In this document: piece after piece, positions 37,737-48,316 of the stretch | How positions within the stretch are numbered: position 1 is the first letter of the stretch | How the letters are laid out: every line of letters begins with the position of its first letter | Virus record (IMG/VR): IMGVR_UViG_3300032332_001939 | Source: an uncultured virus (IMG/VR IMGVR_UViG_3300032332_001939) | Taxonomy: Duplodnaviria; Heunggongvirae; Uroviricota; Caudoviricetes | DNA length: 64,000 nt | Strand: one strand, 5' to 3' | Made by a program: the position numbers and the translations under genes | The notes under the pieces: generated by a model | Seen by the model: only the letters and a program-made list of their open reading frames with translations | Databases searched by the model: none | Told to the model about the DNA's origin: nothing

Positions 37737-40326
37737 TCTATTAGAGGATAAAATATTTTCATCAAAGTTCCAAGATGTAGATTTGGGATTACATGGAGTT
37801 AGATTGCCAGAGTTTTCGATTGATATTCAATCTAAAAGACATTTGAATGTAAGCGAAGATGTATCAAATTACGATTTCTTAAGAGCTTTGGCTTTAAATG
37901 GATTTAAGGATTTAAATGTAGATAAAAGTTCTGCTGAATATAAAAAATATGTAGATCGAGCAAAGTACGAACTTGAAACATTAAAAGAGTTGGGTTTTAT
38001 TGATTATATTCTATTGGTATGGGATGTTATTAATTTCTGTAAGACACATGATATTCCCGTAGGATTAGGTAGAGGTTCAGCCGCAGGATCATTAATTTTA
38101 TACCTTATTGGCGTCACCAGAATTGATCCAGTTAAATATAACCTCTATTTCGAAAGATTTATATCCAAGATTCGTGCTAAAAAGCAAGTTGTAGATGGAG
38201 TAACGTATTTGGATGGTACCTTGATGTGCGACGTTGATTTGGATATTTGTTATTATAATCGACATAGAGTGCTTGAATATCTTGAAACAAAGTTTAAAGG
38301 TAAAACAAGTAAAATTTTAACTCTCAACACTCTTAGCGGAAAATTGCTTATTAAAGAATGTGGTAAAATTGTAGGAGAAAAGTCAGAGGAAGAAATGACA
38401 ATGATCTCATCACTTATCCCAAAAGTATTCGGTCAAGTTAAAGACATCACAACTGCTTACGAAGAAATTGAAAAGTTTAAAGAATGGTGCGATGAAAATA
38501 AAGAAACTTATCAAATTGCATTAAAACTCAGAGATTTGATTAAAAATAAAGGCGTTCATCCTTCTGGAGTTCTTCTTTCTTATAATGATCTTGAAAAAGT
38601 GTGCCCAACAGAATTTTCTAGCGATAAAGAACCAGTTTCAAGTTTTGATATGAATTGGGTTAGTTTATTTAATATTAAACTTGATATTCTTGGATTGAGA
38701 AGTGTTTCTGTTGTTGATGACGTTTGTAAAAATATTGGAATTAAAGTTCAAGACATTAATTTGGGTCATGAGTCTATTTATAGAAACCTACAAGAATTAA
38801 GATCCCCACATGGATTATTTCAAATTGAAGCAGATACAAATTTTAAAGTATGTCAAAAAGTAAAACCCAAGAATTTAGAAGAGCTAAGTGGCGTTCTTGC
38901 TTTAGCTAGACCTGGAGCACTTCAATTTGTAGATAAGTACGCCAAGTATACAAATTATAGTGAACATGAAAGTATTCATCCATTTTTTGATGATATCCTA
39001 AAGCAAACTGGTGGAGTTGCACTTTACCAAGAGCAGCTAATGCAAATGGCGCATAAGATTGGATTTACTCTTGATGAAGCGGAAATTTTAAGAAGAATCG
39101 TAGGTAAAAAGAAAACTGAAGAAATCAAAGCATGGCAAAAAAAAATTCAAGATAAAGTAAAAGAAAATAAATTACCAAAAGAAGTAGGAGAAATTCTATG
39201 GAAAATTATGGAAGATTCAGCGAATTATTCATTCAATAAATCTCATTCTCTTGCGTATGCAGCTTTGGCAGCAGTTACAATTTATCTTAAATTCAATCAT
39301 CCTCAACAATTTTTCCTATCTCTTTTGAAGATGAGTAGAAATGAACCAGATCCAATTGGTGAAATTTCTAAAATTCAAAAAGAAATGCATGAATTTGGTA
39401 TTCAATTACTTCCACCTCATATTATAAAATCTGAAATGGATTTTTCAATTGAAGAAAAAGATATTAGATTCGGGCTATTATCAATTAAGGGCATTAGCGA
39501 TAAATCAATTCAAAAGTTAAATAGCTTTAGAAATAAATACTCTAATAAATTTGAAATTTTTCAAGCAGCCGAAGAAGCGGATCTTAATATTGGAGTACTA
39601 TCCGCACTCATTCAAGCTGGAGCGTTGAGCGGTTTTAATCAATCTAGAAGCAAAATTGTACTGGAAGCTCAATTATGGAATATTTTAACTTCAAAAGAGA
39701 AGAGGTACGTAATTTCATTTGCAGACAAGTTCGATTATGATTTAATTAAAATTATTAAACATTTAAATAAATTTACAGATGAAAAGAATCATACAGTAAT
39801 TAAAGATGCCAGATTAAAAACAATTAAAAATAAATATGATCCATATTTGCAGATTTATAATCAAAATAGCAAAAGCGAAAGTTTTGCAAATTGGTATTAT
39901 GAAAAGAAACTTTTAGGATATACTTATAACAAGAATTTAAAAGAAATCTTTTTAGAAAAAAGACAAAACCTTGAATATATTTGTGATATTATAGACGCAC
40001 CAATTAATACAAAAATAGCATTTGTTGGTCAAATTGAAGAAGTGTATTCTGGAGTTTCAAAAAATGAAAAAAAAACCAGATATATTAGATTAAAAATTGC
40101 AGATGAGACCGCTTCAATTACTGTATTAATATTTAATGATAATATAGAAAATAATAAACTATTAAATAATAGAAATTTTGAAGAAGGTAATATCGTAATA
40201 GTAAAAGGTTTAAAAAGAGACGATTGTATATTTGGAGATCTAGTAGCTATTCAAGATCAAGAAATTTATATGAAATTAAATGATTTAAAAAAAATAATAG
40301 TTGACAACAAAGAGAATAAAGAATAA
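37726..40326 (+). CDS. dnaE: DNA polymerase III alpha catalytic subunit lacking the PHP domain
   Basis: GRGSAAGS; LYFERF; CDVDLD; GVHPSG; KLDILG; YQEQ; YSFNKSH; IRFGL; C-terminal OB fold. Confidence 0.93.
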   Translation: MKNNLLEDKIFSSKFQDVDLGLHGVRLPEFSIDIQSKRHLNVSEDVSNYDFLRALALNGFKDLNVDKSSAEYKKYVDRAKYELETLKELGFIDYILLVWDVINFCKTHDIPVGLGRGSAAGSLILYLIGVTRIDPVKYNLYFERFISKIRAKKQVVDGVTYLDGTLMCDVDLDICYYNRHRVLEYLETKFKGKTSKILTLNTLSGKLLIKECGKIVGEKSEEEMTMISSLIPKVFGQVKDITTAYEEIEKFKEWCDENKETYQIALKLRDLIKNKGVHPSGVLLSYNDLEKVCPTEFSSDKEPVSSFDMNWVSLFNIKLDILGLRSVSVVDDVCKNIGIKVQDINLGHESIYRNLQELRSPHGLFQIEADTNFKVCQKVKPKNLEELSGVLALARPGALQFVDKYAKYTNYSEHESIHPFFDDILKQTGGVALYQEQLMQMAHKIGFTLDEAEILRRIVGKKKTEEIKAWQKKIQDKVKENKLPKEVGEILWKIMEDSANYSFNKSHSLAYAALAAVTIYLKFNHPQQFFLSLLKMSRNEPDPIGEISKIQKEMHEFGIQLLPPHIIKSEMDFSIEEKDIRFGLLSIKGISDKSIQKLNSFRNKYSNKFEIFQAAEEADLNIGVLSALIQAGALSGFNQSRSKIVLEAQLWNILTSKEKRYVISFADKFDYDLIKIIKHLNKFTDEKNHTVIKDARLKTIKNKYDPYLQIYNQNSKSESFANWYYEKKLLGYTYNKNLKEIFLEKRQNLEYICDIIDAPINTKIAFVGQIEEVYSGVSKNEKKTRYIRLKIADETASITVLIFNDNIENNKLLNNRNFEEGNIVIVKGLKRDDCIFGDLVAIQDQEIYMKLNDLKKIIVDNKENKE

Positions 40327-40329
40327 AAT
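40301..40329 (+). promoter_or_regulatory. Sigma70-type promoter
   Basis: TTGACA-17-TAAAAT; ATG 6 nt later. Confidence 0.7.
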
Positions 40330-40335
40330 ACTAAT

Positions 40336-40878
40336 ATGATATCATTTTATAAACCAAATAGTAAGAATACAGGCACAGCTTGTAGTTTTAGCGTAAATTC
40401 AAAAGAAGGCTCAATTTGGAGTTCTTTAATTAAACAAAGTTCATGGAACGAAGGGACAAAAACTGGCTCATTTTCCGATAATAAGGATAATCCTCAAAAG
40501 AGCGCAAAGGTAAAGTTTTCAACAACTGAAGTAGCAGGTCTACTTGAAGCTCTAGATAAGAATGTAGAATTTTCAGCTTATCATTCTTCTGATAAGCAAG
40601 TTACAAAGATTAAATTTTCTCCATATATTAGAGACGACAAGCAAGTTGGATTCTCTTATAGTGTCAATAAAGAGAGCAAAGAGAATGTAGAAAATAAACA
40701 ATCATTCCTACTTGGTTTTTACTTTAACGAAGCTAGACTTCTAAGAGAATTTTTGATTCATGCCTTGCAATCAGTATTTAAAACTCAAGAAGTCGAAGCA
40801 ATTAAAAAATTTAAAAATTCAAAGCCTAATCAAGAAGCAAATAAATCTAACGCCGAAGAAGATGGCGAACTTTGGTAA
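40336..40878 (+). CDS. Putative ssDNA-binding protein
   Basis: Aromatic/basic beta-rich body with acidic-aromatic tail EEDGELW; follows polymerase. Confidence 0.5.
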   Translation: MISFYKPNSKNTGTACSFSVNSKEGSIWSSLIKQSSWNEGTKTGSFSDNKDNPQKSAKVKFSTTEVAGLLEALDKNVEFSAYHSSDKQVTKIKFSPYIRDDKQVGFSYSVNKESKENVENKQSFLLGFYFNEARLLREFLIHALQSVFKTQEVEAIKKFKNSKPNQEANKSNAEEDGELW

Positions 40879-40880
40879 TT

Positions 40881-42809
40881 GTGTCTCGTAAAAAGAAAAT
40901 AGTTTATCAATCTGATTTCTCTCTAGCCAAAACTGGTTTTGGCAGAGCAGCAAAAGCTTTATTGACCTATCTTTATAAGACGGGTAAATATGATATCGTA
41001 CATTATTGTTGTGGAATGCAATATTCAAATCCAGACTTAAAAAAGACTCCTTGGAAATCAGTTGGTTCACTTCCAGATAATTCTCAAGAAATTGAGCAAC
41101 TTAATAAAGATCCAAATTTAGCTAGATTAGCTAGTTATGGTGCGCATTATCTTGATAGAATTATTCAAGAAGAAAAACCAGATGTTTATATTGCCGTTCA
41201 AGATATTTGGGGTATTGATTTTGCTATTGATAAAAAATGGTTTAATAAAATTTCTTGCGCTTTATGGACTACGTTAGATTCTTTACCTATTCTTCCTAGC
41301 GCAGTTGAAAAAGCTCCTAAAATTAAAAATTATTGGATTTGGAGTGATTTTGCTACAAAAGATTTGCACAGACTTGGACATAATCATGTACAAACTATGC
41401 ATGGTCCAATTGAATCGCATAATTTTTATAGACTTGAAAATTTTGATAGAGAAAATTTAAGAAAAAAATTTAATATTCCATTAGACGCATTTATTATTGG
41501 ATTTGTATTTAGAAATCAACTTAGAAAAAGTGTGCCAAATCTTTTAGAGGGATATGCTCTTTGGAAAAGATCTAATCCACAAATTAAAAATACATTTTTA
41601 CTTCTGCATACTCATTGGAGCGAAGGATGGAATATACATAAATTAGCAAAAGAATATGATATTGATTTAAAAGAAATTCTTACGACTTATGTTTGTAAAA
41701 ATTGTGGTAATTACGAAATTAAACCATTTCATGGACAAGATGTAGATTGTAGATTTTGTGGAAGTCAAAAAAGTCAAATTACGACTAATGTAGGTATTGG
41801 GGTAACAGAACAACAACTTAATGAAGTATATAATATTATGGATGTTTACTGTCATCCATTTACGAGTGGTGGTCAAGAAATTCCTATTCAAGAAGCAAAA
41901 CTCACGGAATTAATTACTTTAGTTACTAATTACTCTTGTGGGCAAGAAATGTGTCAAGAGGGCGCAGAATCTTTTGAATTAGAATGGAGTGAATACAGAG
42001 AACATGGCACAGAGTTTATTAAAGCTTCCACAAAACCAAATTCAATAGCTAAACAATTAAATAAAGTTTATAATATGCCCCTTCAAAAAAGAAGAGAAAT
42101 GGGTAGAAAAGCTAGAGAATGGACAATTGAAAATTATTCTGTAGAAAAAGTAGGAGAAAAAATTGAACAATTTATTGATTCTTGTTCATTAACAAATTAT
42201 GATTTTTTATTAAAAGAAGAAGAAAAAGATCCATTTCATCAAGTACCAAATATTGAAAAAGATAATGAATGGTTAACTTATATGTATCATAATATTTTAA
42301 AAATGAAAGATGTAGATGATAATGATGATGGTCATAAATATTGGATGCAAGAAATGGGTAAAGGAGCAAAAAGGTCAGATGTTGAAAATTATTTCAGACA
42401 AGTAGCTTCTCAAGAAAATCAAAAAAATAAACAAATAGATTTTAACGATCTTTTAGATAAAGATGATGATGGCCGTAGGGTTCTTTATGTAATGCCAGAA
42501 AGTATTGGAGATATTTATATTTCTACGTCTTTATTTAAAAATATTAAAAAACAATACCCAAACCATAATCTTTATGTAGCCGTAAAACCAGAATATTTTG
42601 AAATTTTACAAGGAAATCCATACATACATAAACTTTTACAATATATTCCGCAAATGGATCAATTGCTTTGGCTTGAAGGGGCTGGAGATCATAAAGGTTA
42701 TTTCGATATAGCATTTTTACCTCATGCAGGAACTCAAAGATTTCTTGATTATTTACATAATGGTAAAACTAATATACAATTTAATATAAAGGAAGATATA
42801 TGCATTTAA
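40881..42809 (+). CDS. GT4 glycosyltransferase with Zn ribbon and C-terminal GT9 N-half
   Basis: TGFGR; VFRNQLRK; CKNC..CRFC; YNIMDVYCHPFTSGGQEIPIQEA; C-terminal SIGDI..KKQYPNHNLYV..GNPYI; GTG start 40881. Confidence 0.8.
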   Translation: MSRKKKIVYQSDFSLAKTGFGRAAKALLTYLYKTGKYDIVHYCCGMQYSNPDLKKTPWKSVGSLPDNSQEIEQLNKDPNLARLASYGAHYLDRIIQEEKPDVYIAVQDIWGIDFAIDKKWFNKISCALWTTLDSLPILPSAVEKAPKIKNYWIWSDFATKDLHRLGHNHVQTMHGPIESHNFYRLENFDRENLRKKFNIPLDAFIIGFVFRNQLRKSVPNLLEGYALWKRSNPQIKNTFLLLHTHWSEGWNIHKLAKEYDIDLKEILTTYVCKNCGNYEIKPFHGQDVDCRFCGSQKSQITTNVGIGVTEQQLNEVYNIMDVYCHPFTSGGQEIPIQEAKLTELITLVTNYSCGQEMCQEGAESFELEWSEYREHGTEFIKASTKPNSIAKQLNKVYNMPLQKRREMGRKAREWTIENYSVEKVGEKIEQFIDSCSLTNYDFLLKEEEKDPFHQVPNIEKDNEWLTYMYHNILKMKDVDDNDDGHKYWMQEMGKGAKRSDVENYFRQVASQENQKNKQIDFNDLLDKDDDGRRVLYVMPESIGDIYISTSLFKNIKKQYPNHNLYVAVKPEYFEILQGNPYIHKLLQYIPQMDQLLWLEGAGDHKGYFDIAFLPHAGTQRFLDYLHNGKTNIQFNIKEDICI

Positions 42810-43939
42810 TTGAAAGATATGCTACCTCTTGTGGAGTTAAGATAGATAAACCTTATATTTATGATACTTATTTTCCTCTTACAGTAGATAAATATATATC
42901 ATTCCAACCATTTAGTAAATATCCTTCTAAAAATTATGATTATTGGGATGAAGTAGTTAATATTATTTCTCCATATCTACAACAAAATAATATACATTTA
43001 GTTCATATTGGAGCTAAAGATGACAAAGCTGTAATAAATACTATTAATTTATGTGGACAAACAAAAATCTCTCAAGCAGCTTATATTATAAAAAATGCAA
43101 TAATGCATGTTGGTGCAGATAGCTTTGCTGCGCATATTGCTTCTGGATATGAAAAGAAAATTGTTGCATTATATTCTAATAATAATATTAATAATGTAAA
43201 ACCATATTGGACAAAAGAAGAAAATATGATTCTTCTTAGCCCTCAAATAAATAAAAAGCCACAATACTCTGTTAATGAGGTTCCTAAAAGTATCAACAGT
43301 ATTAAACCAGAATTAATCGCAGAATCAATACTTAAATTATTAGATATTAAATATAGCAATTTACCAAAAACTATCCATATTGGAGACGAGTATATCAATA
43401 AAACATTAGAAATAATTCCAGATAAACCTTTAAATCCAGCGCAAATTAATATAGAGAATATTGTGGTAAGAATGGACTACGCCTTTAATGAACAAGTACT
43501 TGAATTTTATTTACAACATAAAAAATGTATAATTTTTACAAATAAACTAATAAATGAAGAATTAATTAAAAAATATAAATCAAATATCATACAATTAATT
43601 TATATTATTGATGAAAATAATGACTCTTCTTTTGCGAAGGTTTTAAAAAATAATGCAATTAATGCTACTTACATATCATATTTACAAGAAGAAGAATTAA
43701 ATAAATATAAATTGAATTATATGGATTATGGATTAATTATAAAAAGAAATGATCCCGTCAATAATATTGATATAAGTAATAATATGTATTATAGATCATC
43801 AAGAATACTACTTTCTTCAGAAGGACAATTTACTAGTAAATATCAATGGTTAATAAAAGATAATTCTAATAAATTTATAAATCATCCAGAACTTAATAAA
43901 GAATTAAATAACCTTTATATTTTTGCTATTGACCAATAG
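42800..43939 (+). CDS. GT9 C-half plus unknown domain
   Basis: HLIERY..KNYDYW..NLCGQT..HVGADSFAAHIA..IVALY. Confidence 0.75.
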   Translation: MHLIERYATSCGVKIDKPYIYDTYFPLTVDKYISFQPFSKYPSKNYDYWDEVVNIISPYLQQNNIHLVHIGAKDDKAVINTINLCGQTKISQAAYIIKNAIMHVGADSFAAHIASGYEKKIVALYSNNNINNVKPYWTKEENMILLSPQINKKPQYSVNEVPKSINSIKPELIAESILKLLDIKYSNLPKTIHIGDEYINKTLEIIPDKPLNPAQINIENIVVRMDYAFNEQVLEFYLQHKKCIIFTNKLINEELIKKYKSNIIQLIYIIDENNDSSFAKVLKNNAINATYISYLQEEELNKYKLNYMDYGLIIKRNDPVNNIDISNNMYYRSSRILLSSEGQFTSKYQWLIKDNSNKFINHPELNKELNNLYIFAIDQ

Positions 43940-43957
43940 TAAAATTAATGATATCAT
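43929..43957 (+). promoter_or_regulatory. Sigma70-type promoter
   Basis: TTGACC-17-TATCAT with extended TG; ATG 6 nt later. Confidence 0.7.
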
Positions 43958-43963
43958 TCTTAG

Positions 43964-44767
43964 ATGAGCCCTAAAATAAAATCACAAGAAAATACAATTT
44001 CAATTGGAAGTTCAGAATTATTCGAGCAAGTAATTGTCGCTCAAGAAACAGAACAAGTTATACCACAAGTAGTTCCTCCTAATCTAATTACAAGAAACCA
44101 ATATGGTCTTATCGAGGATAAAAGTCTTAATTATGTATTTAATGATGATGGAACAATTAATTGGCGCAAAATGGTAAAGACTGAACATCTTGTACCGAAT
44201 AGACAAAAGACTCAAGAAACAGACGTTTCTAAACTTCAAGATAAAGATCTGCTTATTCTTTTGGGTGGCATTAAAGAACTTGCGCAAATTCGTGGATACA
44301 CAAGCGTCGAATATAAGGTGGTAGCAGCATCTGAAAGCTATTTCGCAACAAGTTGTAAGATTACTTGGTTGCCAAATTATGAAACTGGTGGTAAAGAGAT
44401 TATTTTTGAATCTCTTGCCGATGCCAGTATTAATAATACAAAGAGTTTTGCTAAATTCTTTTTAGCAGCAATCGCAGAGAATAGGGCATTTGTTCGTTGT
44501 GTTCGTAATTTCTTAAAGATCAATATTGTGTCTCAAGAAGAACTAGGAGATGCAAAACTTCTAGATGAAGGATCTATTATAAATGATAATCCAACTTCTC
44601 CTCAAATAGTACTTGAAAAAGTTATGAAAGATAAAAGTATTACATTTGATCAATTAAAAAAGAAATTAATTAAAGAAAAATTTGATAATGCCGAAAATTT
44701 AAATAGTACAAATGATATTCCTAAAAGTAAAATCTTTGAATTAATTGAAAGGATTAAAAAAGCATGA
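43964..44767 (+). CDS. Putative ssDNA-annealing protein (Rad52/Sak-like)
   Basis: LGGIKELA..C.ITW..ADAS..AIAENRAFVRCVRNFLKI resembles the SSAP core. Confidence 0.5.
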   Translation: MSPKIKSQENTISIGSSELFEQVIVAQETEQVIPQVVPPNLITRNQYGLIEDKSLNYVFNDDGTINWRKMVKTEHLVPNRQKTQETDVSKLQDKDLLILLGGIKELAQIRGYTSVEYKVVAASESYFATSCKITWLPNYETGGKEIIFESLADASINNTKSFAKFFLAAIAENRAFVRCVRNFLKINIVSQEELGDAKLLDEGSIINDNPTSPQIVLEKVMKDKSITFDQLKKKLIKEKFDNAENLNSTNDIPKSKIFELIERIKKA

Positions 44768-44949
44768 ATGAAGAAAATATAAAATTAAATCAATCAGATA
44801 AAATAGAAATTAGTATTCTAGAAAAAGATTTAGATTTAATATTTAAATTTTTAAGTCGAGCAGAATTAAAAGGATTTGAAGTACCAGAATTTAATAGAAT
44901 ATTAGAAATTTTTAATCCCAAAAACATTAAAAACTGTAAGGTTCGCTAG
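44764..44949 (+). CDS. Small hypothetical protein
   Basis: ATGA-coupled; FLSRAELKGFEV. Confidence 0.5.
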   Translation: MNEENIKLNQSDKIEISILEKDLDLIFKFLSRAELKGFEVPEFNRILEIFNPKNIKNCKVR

Positions 44950-45529
44950 CTAAAATCAACATTTTTTTTCTTTGACCATCAGAGCAAATTTCAATTTCTC
45001 TAAGAAGAATATTTTTATTTCCAGCACTAGCAGGTACATTTGCTGTATCTAAATAAATTGTTATTGTTCCAGCTGCATTTTGTACTCCAACGTATGCTTC
45101 ATTATTTGTTGCTTCTGTGAATACTGCCCAATTTGGAGTATATATATCTAGTCCAGCGTTAGTCAAACTAGAGTACATATTTGTTACATAAGTCGCCGCT
45201 TGATTTTGAGTAATAAAATCACTACTTAATCCATTAGAATACATGTATGCAAAATGTGAATATGTTCTACCTAAAGTTAATGATGAGGTATCATTTGTAA
45301 AATATAATTTAAAAGCCAAATCACTTCCATTTAGTGGTTTTAAATCTAATCCAGCATTATATAAATAAAATTGAAAATATGGACTAGCATGTGATTGTAT
45401 TAATAAATCATCAAATTTACCACCAGATGTAGCACCAAAATCAAGATGGCCATTATTTTGGTCATCTTGATAATAAAAAGACCATCTTGGAGCATTTTTA
45501 CCATAATCTTGTACAAAACGAATAGACAT
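44927..45529 (-). CDS. Putative tail tip/spike-associated protein
   Basis: Last gene of the tail block; C-terminal LREIEICSDG..KMLILASEPY. Confidence 0.5.
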   Translation of the reverse strand: MSIRFVQDYGKNAPRWSFYYQDDQNNGHLDFGATSGGKFDDLLIQSHASPYFQFYLYNAGLDLKPLNGSDLAFKLYFTNDTSSLTLGRTYSHFAYMYSNGLSSDFITQNQAATYVTNMYSSLTNAGLDIYTPNWAVFTEATNNEAYVGVQNAAGTITIYLDTANVPASAGNKNILLREIEICSDGQRKKMLILASEPYSF

Positions 45530-45534
45530 AAATA

Positions 45535-48315
45535 TTAATTAACTCCAGTTATATATTGTATAATTACACTACTCTTTTTACCATCTAAAGTATAACCACT
45601 TATGGTTAATTTACCAGTTAAAAGATTATTATCCAAGTAATTTTTTGTTTTTACTTGTAAATATAAATTATTTAATCCACTTTGTATCATTCCGCTATTT
45701 GTATAATAACCATTTTGAATAAAATTATTATTTGAAAAATCTGTTAATCCAGTTACTAAACCACTAGAATAAAATCCACTTAACAAATTAAAAGTATCTA
45801 AAAACTTTTTATTAAAAGAATTTCCGCTAATATTTCCAGTAGCAAAATAATTTGAATTTTGAGATATTAAACCTGTGGCAATAATTTGCCCAACAAATCC
45901 ACTTAGTAAAGGATAATCTATAATTTGAACAGATCCTATATCATTTAAAGTAGTTCCAGGATCATTATAAGATGGTATTCCTACGGCAATTGATGATTCA
46001 TTATTACAGAAAGTTAAAGATGCTCCAAATCTTTGAAATGCATTTAAATAGGAAGGAATAATTTTTGATTGATGAGCCCAAGATAAACCATTGCCAGTAA
46101 ATATATAAATACTTCCCGCCCCCAAACCGCCATCATTACTATCTCCATATGCACCCACTATAATTTTTGTACCATCTTGAGTCATTTTTAATGAATGACC
46201 AAAACGATCATTATTTGTTGCATCAAATGCAGATATTTTTTGTCTTTGTACCCAAGAATTAGTTCCATTACCAGTAAATATATAAACTGCTCCTTGAGAA
46301 GAAGAATTTCCAGTCGAGCCAATAGCTATAATTGTTGCATTAGAATTTAAAGCTATAGAGTTTCCAAATCCATCATTCGTAAGTGTATCTCCTCCAGTTA
46401 TTTTAACAGATTGTCCCCATGTATCAACTCCATTTCCACTAAATATATAAACGCTTCCAGCATTACTATAAGTACCAATATCATCGTGTGGTGCGCCAAT
46501 TATTATTTGTTCAGCCGTATTTGATACAGCAATAGAATATCCAAAATTATCTCCACTTAAAGAATCACTTCCTGTTATTTTTCCAGACCATTGACCCCAT
46601 GCACTAATACCATCACCAGTAAATATATAAGCTGATCCTACTCCTGTTAAATTAGATATATTTTTATTTGGTGCTCCAATAACTAAAACACTATTATTTC
46701 TATTTGAAGCTAAAGAATATCCAAAAGAATCAAATCCACTTGGATCAATGCCAGTAATCATTCTATTTTGAGTCCAAGAATTAATTAATGAATTTCCAGT
46801 AAAAATATATACTGCTCCACCAGTGATATTATTAATTCTTCTTCCAGTTGCACCGATATAAATAATATTGCCACTTTGAGTTGTCGCTAAACTAGTTCCA
46901 AATCCATCTCCAGTTTTAGCATTATTTCCAGTAATTTTAATTACTTGATTATAATAATTTGAATTTCCAGTAAAAATATAAATACTTCCAACATCATTAT
47001 ATGTGGAAACATTAGTACCTGGACTGCCTATTATAATCATTTTGCCAGATGTAGCTGCTATTGAGTGTCCAAAATTATCATTCTCAGATAAATCATTTCC
47101 AGAAAATTGAGTAGTTGAATTATAAACATTTTTATATAAATATGTATAATAATTTAAAAATCCGTTGGAAGAAATTCCACTAATATCAAATCCACTATTT
47201 AAAGTTATTAAATAATTATCTATATATCCAGAATATGTTATATTAATATTTTGACTTGAAAATCCACTTGAGAAAAATATATCTTTAATAATACCAGTCG
47301 TAAGACCCGTTTTTATTATTCCAGATATATCATCATATCCAGTTCCAATAAAACTTATTGTTTTTTCTAATATTCCACTTCCACTTATAAAACCAGTAAT
47401 TGTATCATTTAAATATCCGGTGGCAAATACATTATAATCATAAACACCAGTTTTTCCACCATAATATTCTAATTTTAAAGATAAATATTTATCTAATTCT
47501 GTTGGAGCCATTCTTAAACTTCCACTTAAAATATTAAAATTTAATAAAAAATTATTATTTTGAAAATCTCCAAGACCAGTTGTTATTCCCGTGCGAGAAA
47601 AATAATCTGTTAAATCTGATAAGGTTAGAGTTATATTTTTATAACCAGAATAAGAACCAGTAGATATAAAATCTTGCGTAATTTGACCAAAATTTGTAAA
47701 AAGATTAACTTGTATAGGATAAGCTCTTTCTTCTTCTATTTGATTTTTTGTATAAGAATAATGATTAATTGTAAAATAACCAGTATTAGTAATATTAGTA
47801 GATATATTTTTTATATTAAATCCAGTTGGTATAGAAATAGATCCACTATAAATTTTAAAAGTTAAATTATTTGAATTATTTATATTTCCTTCAATATAAT
47901 TTGTGCCAGTTATATAAAAAATAGGATTTAAATTTAATGTATAATTTGGTCTAGTTCCTAAAATTTGTATATCACATTCAACTGAACAATTAGAAGTTTC
48001 AACATAATACTCATTAATAGTAAATGAATTTTTAAATCCATTTAAACAAAATGGATTATTGTTTATATTATAAGAATAATTTGTTGGAGATATATTACCA
48101 GATAAATTAATATTTTCTTCTGCTGCATAAAAATAAACTATTCTATTTTCTGGATCATAAATTTTTCCTTGATCAAATTTAAAATTTATATCTTCACCTT
48201 GACCATAAAAACCTAAATTACAATTACCACTTAGGTTACTTACTGATATATTTAAATTAAAATTTAATCCCGTTTGATCGCTTAATGATAAATAATTATT
48301 TCCAATAAATTTCAT
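45535..48315 (-). CDS. Tail/baseplate protein with FG-GAP beta-propeller
   Basis: About 7 repeats of D.FG.S.A....IIGAP....G.VYIF; very TG/SG-rich. Confidence 0.8.
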   Translation of the reverse strand: MKFIGNNYLSLSDQTGLNFNLNISVSNLSGNCNLGFYGQGEDINFKFDQGKIYDPENRIVYFYAAEENINLSGNISPTNYSYNINNNPFCLNGFKNSFTINEYYVETSNCSVECDIQILGTRPNYTLNLNPIFYITGTNYIEGNINNSNNLTFKIYSGSISIPTGFNIKNISTNITNTGYFTINHYSYTKNQIEEERAYPIQVNLFTNFGQITQDFISTGSYSGYKNITLTLSDLTDYFSRTGITTGLGDFQNNNFLLNFNILSGSLRMAPTELDKYLSLKLEYYGGKTGVYDYNVFATGYLNDTITGFISGSGILEKTISFIGTGYDDISGIIKTGLTTGIIKDIFFSSGFSSQNINITYSGYIDNYLITLNSGFDISGISSNGFLNYYTYLYKNVYNSTTQFSGNDLSENDNFGHSIAATSGKMIIIGSPGTNVSTYNDVGSIYIFTGNSNYYNQVIKITGNNAKTGDGFGTSLATTQSGNIIYIGATGRRINNITGGAVYIFTGNSLINSWTQNRMITGIDPSGFDSFGYSLASNRNNSVLVIGAPNKNISNLTGVGSAYIFTGDGISAWGQWSGKITGSDSLSGDNFGYSIAVSNTAEQIIIGAPHDDIGTYSNAGSVYIFSGNGVDTWGQSVKITGGDTLTNDGFGNSIALNSNATIIAIGSTGNSSSQGAVYIFTGNGTNSWVQRQKISAFDATNNDRFGHSLKMTQDGTKIIVGAYGDSNDGGLGAGSIYIFTGNGLSWAHQSKIIPSYLNAFQRFGASLTFCNNESSIAVGIPSYNDPGTTLNDIGSVQIIDYPLLSGFVGQIIATGLISQNSNYFATGNISGNSFNKKFLDTFNLLSGFYSSGLVTGLTDFSNNNFIQNGYYTNSGMIQSGLNNLYLQVKTKNYLDNNLLTGKLTISGYTLDGKKSSVIIQYITGVN
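45564..45569 (-). promoter_or_regulatory. GTGTAA motif
   Basis: In the 3' end of the upstream gene, 34 nt before ATG 45529, with GGAG in between. Confidence 0.4.
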
Positions 48316-48316
48316 T

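Noticed and set aside
36118..40326. Intein or intron splitting dnaE
   Set aside because: No intein termini, homing endonuclease or non-coding gap seen
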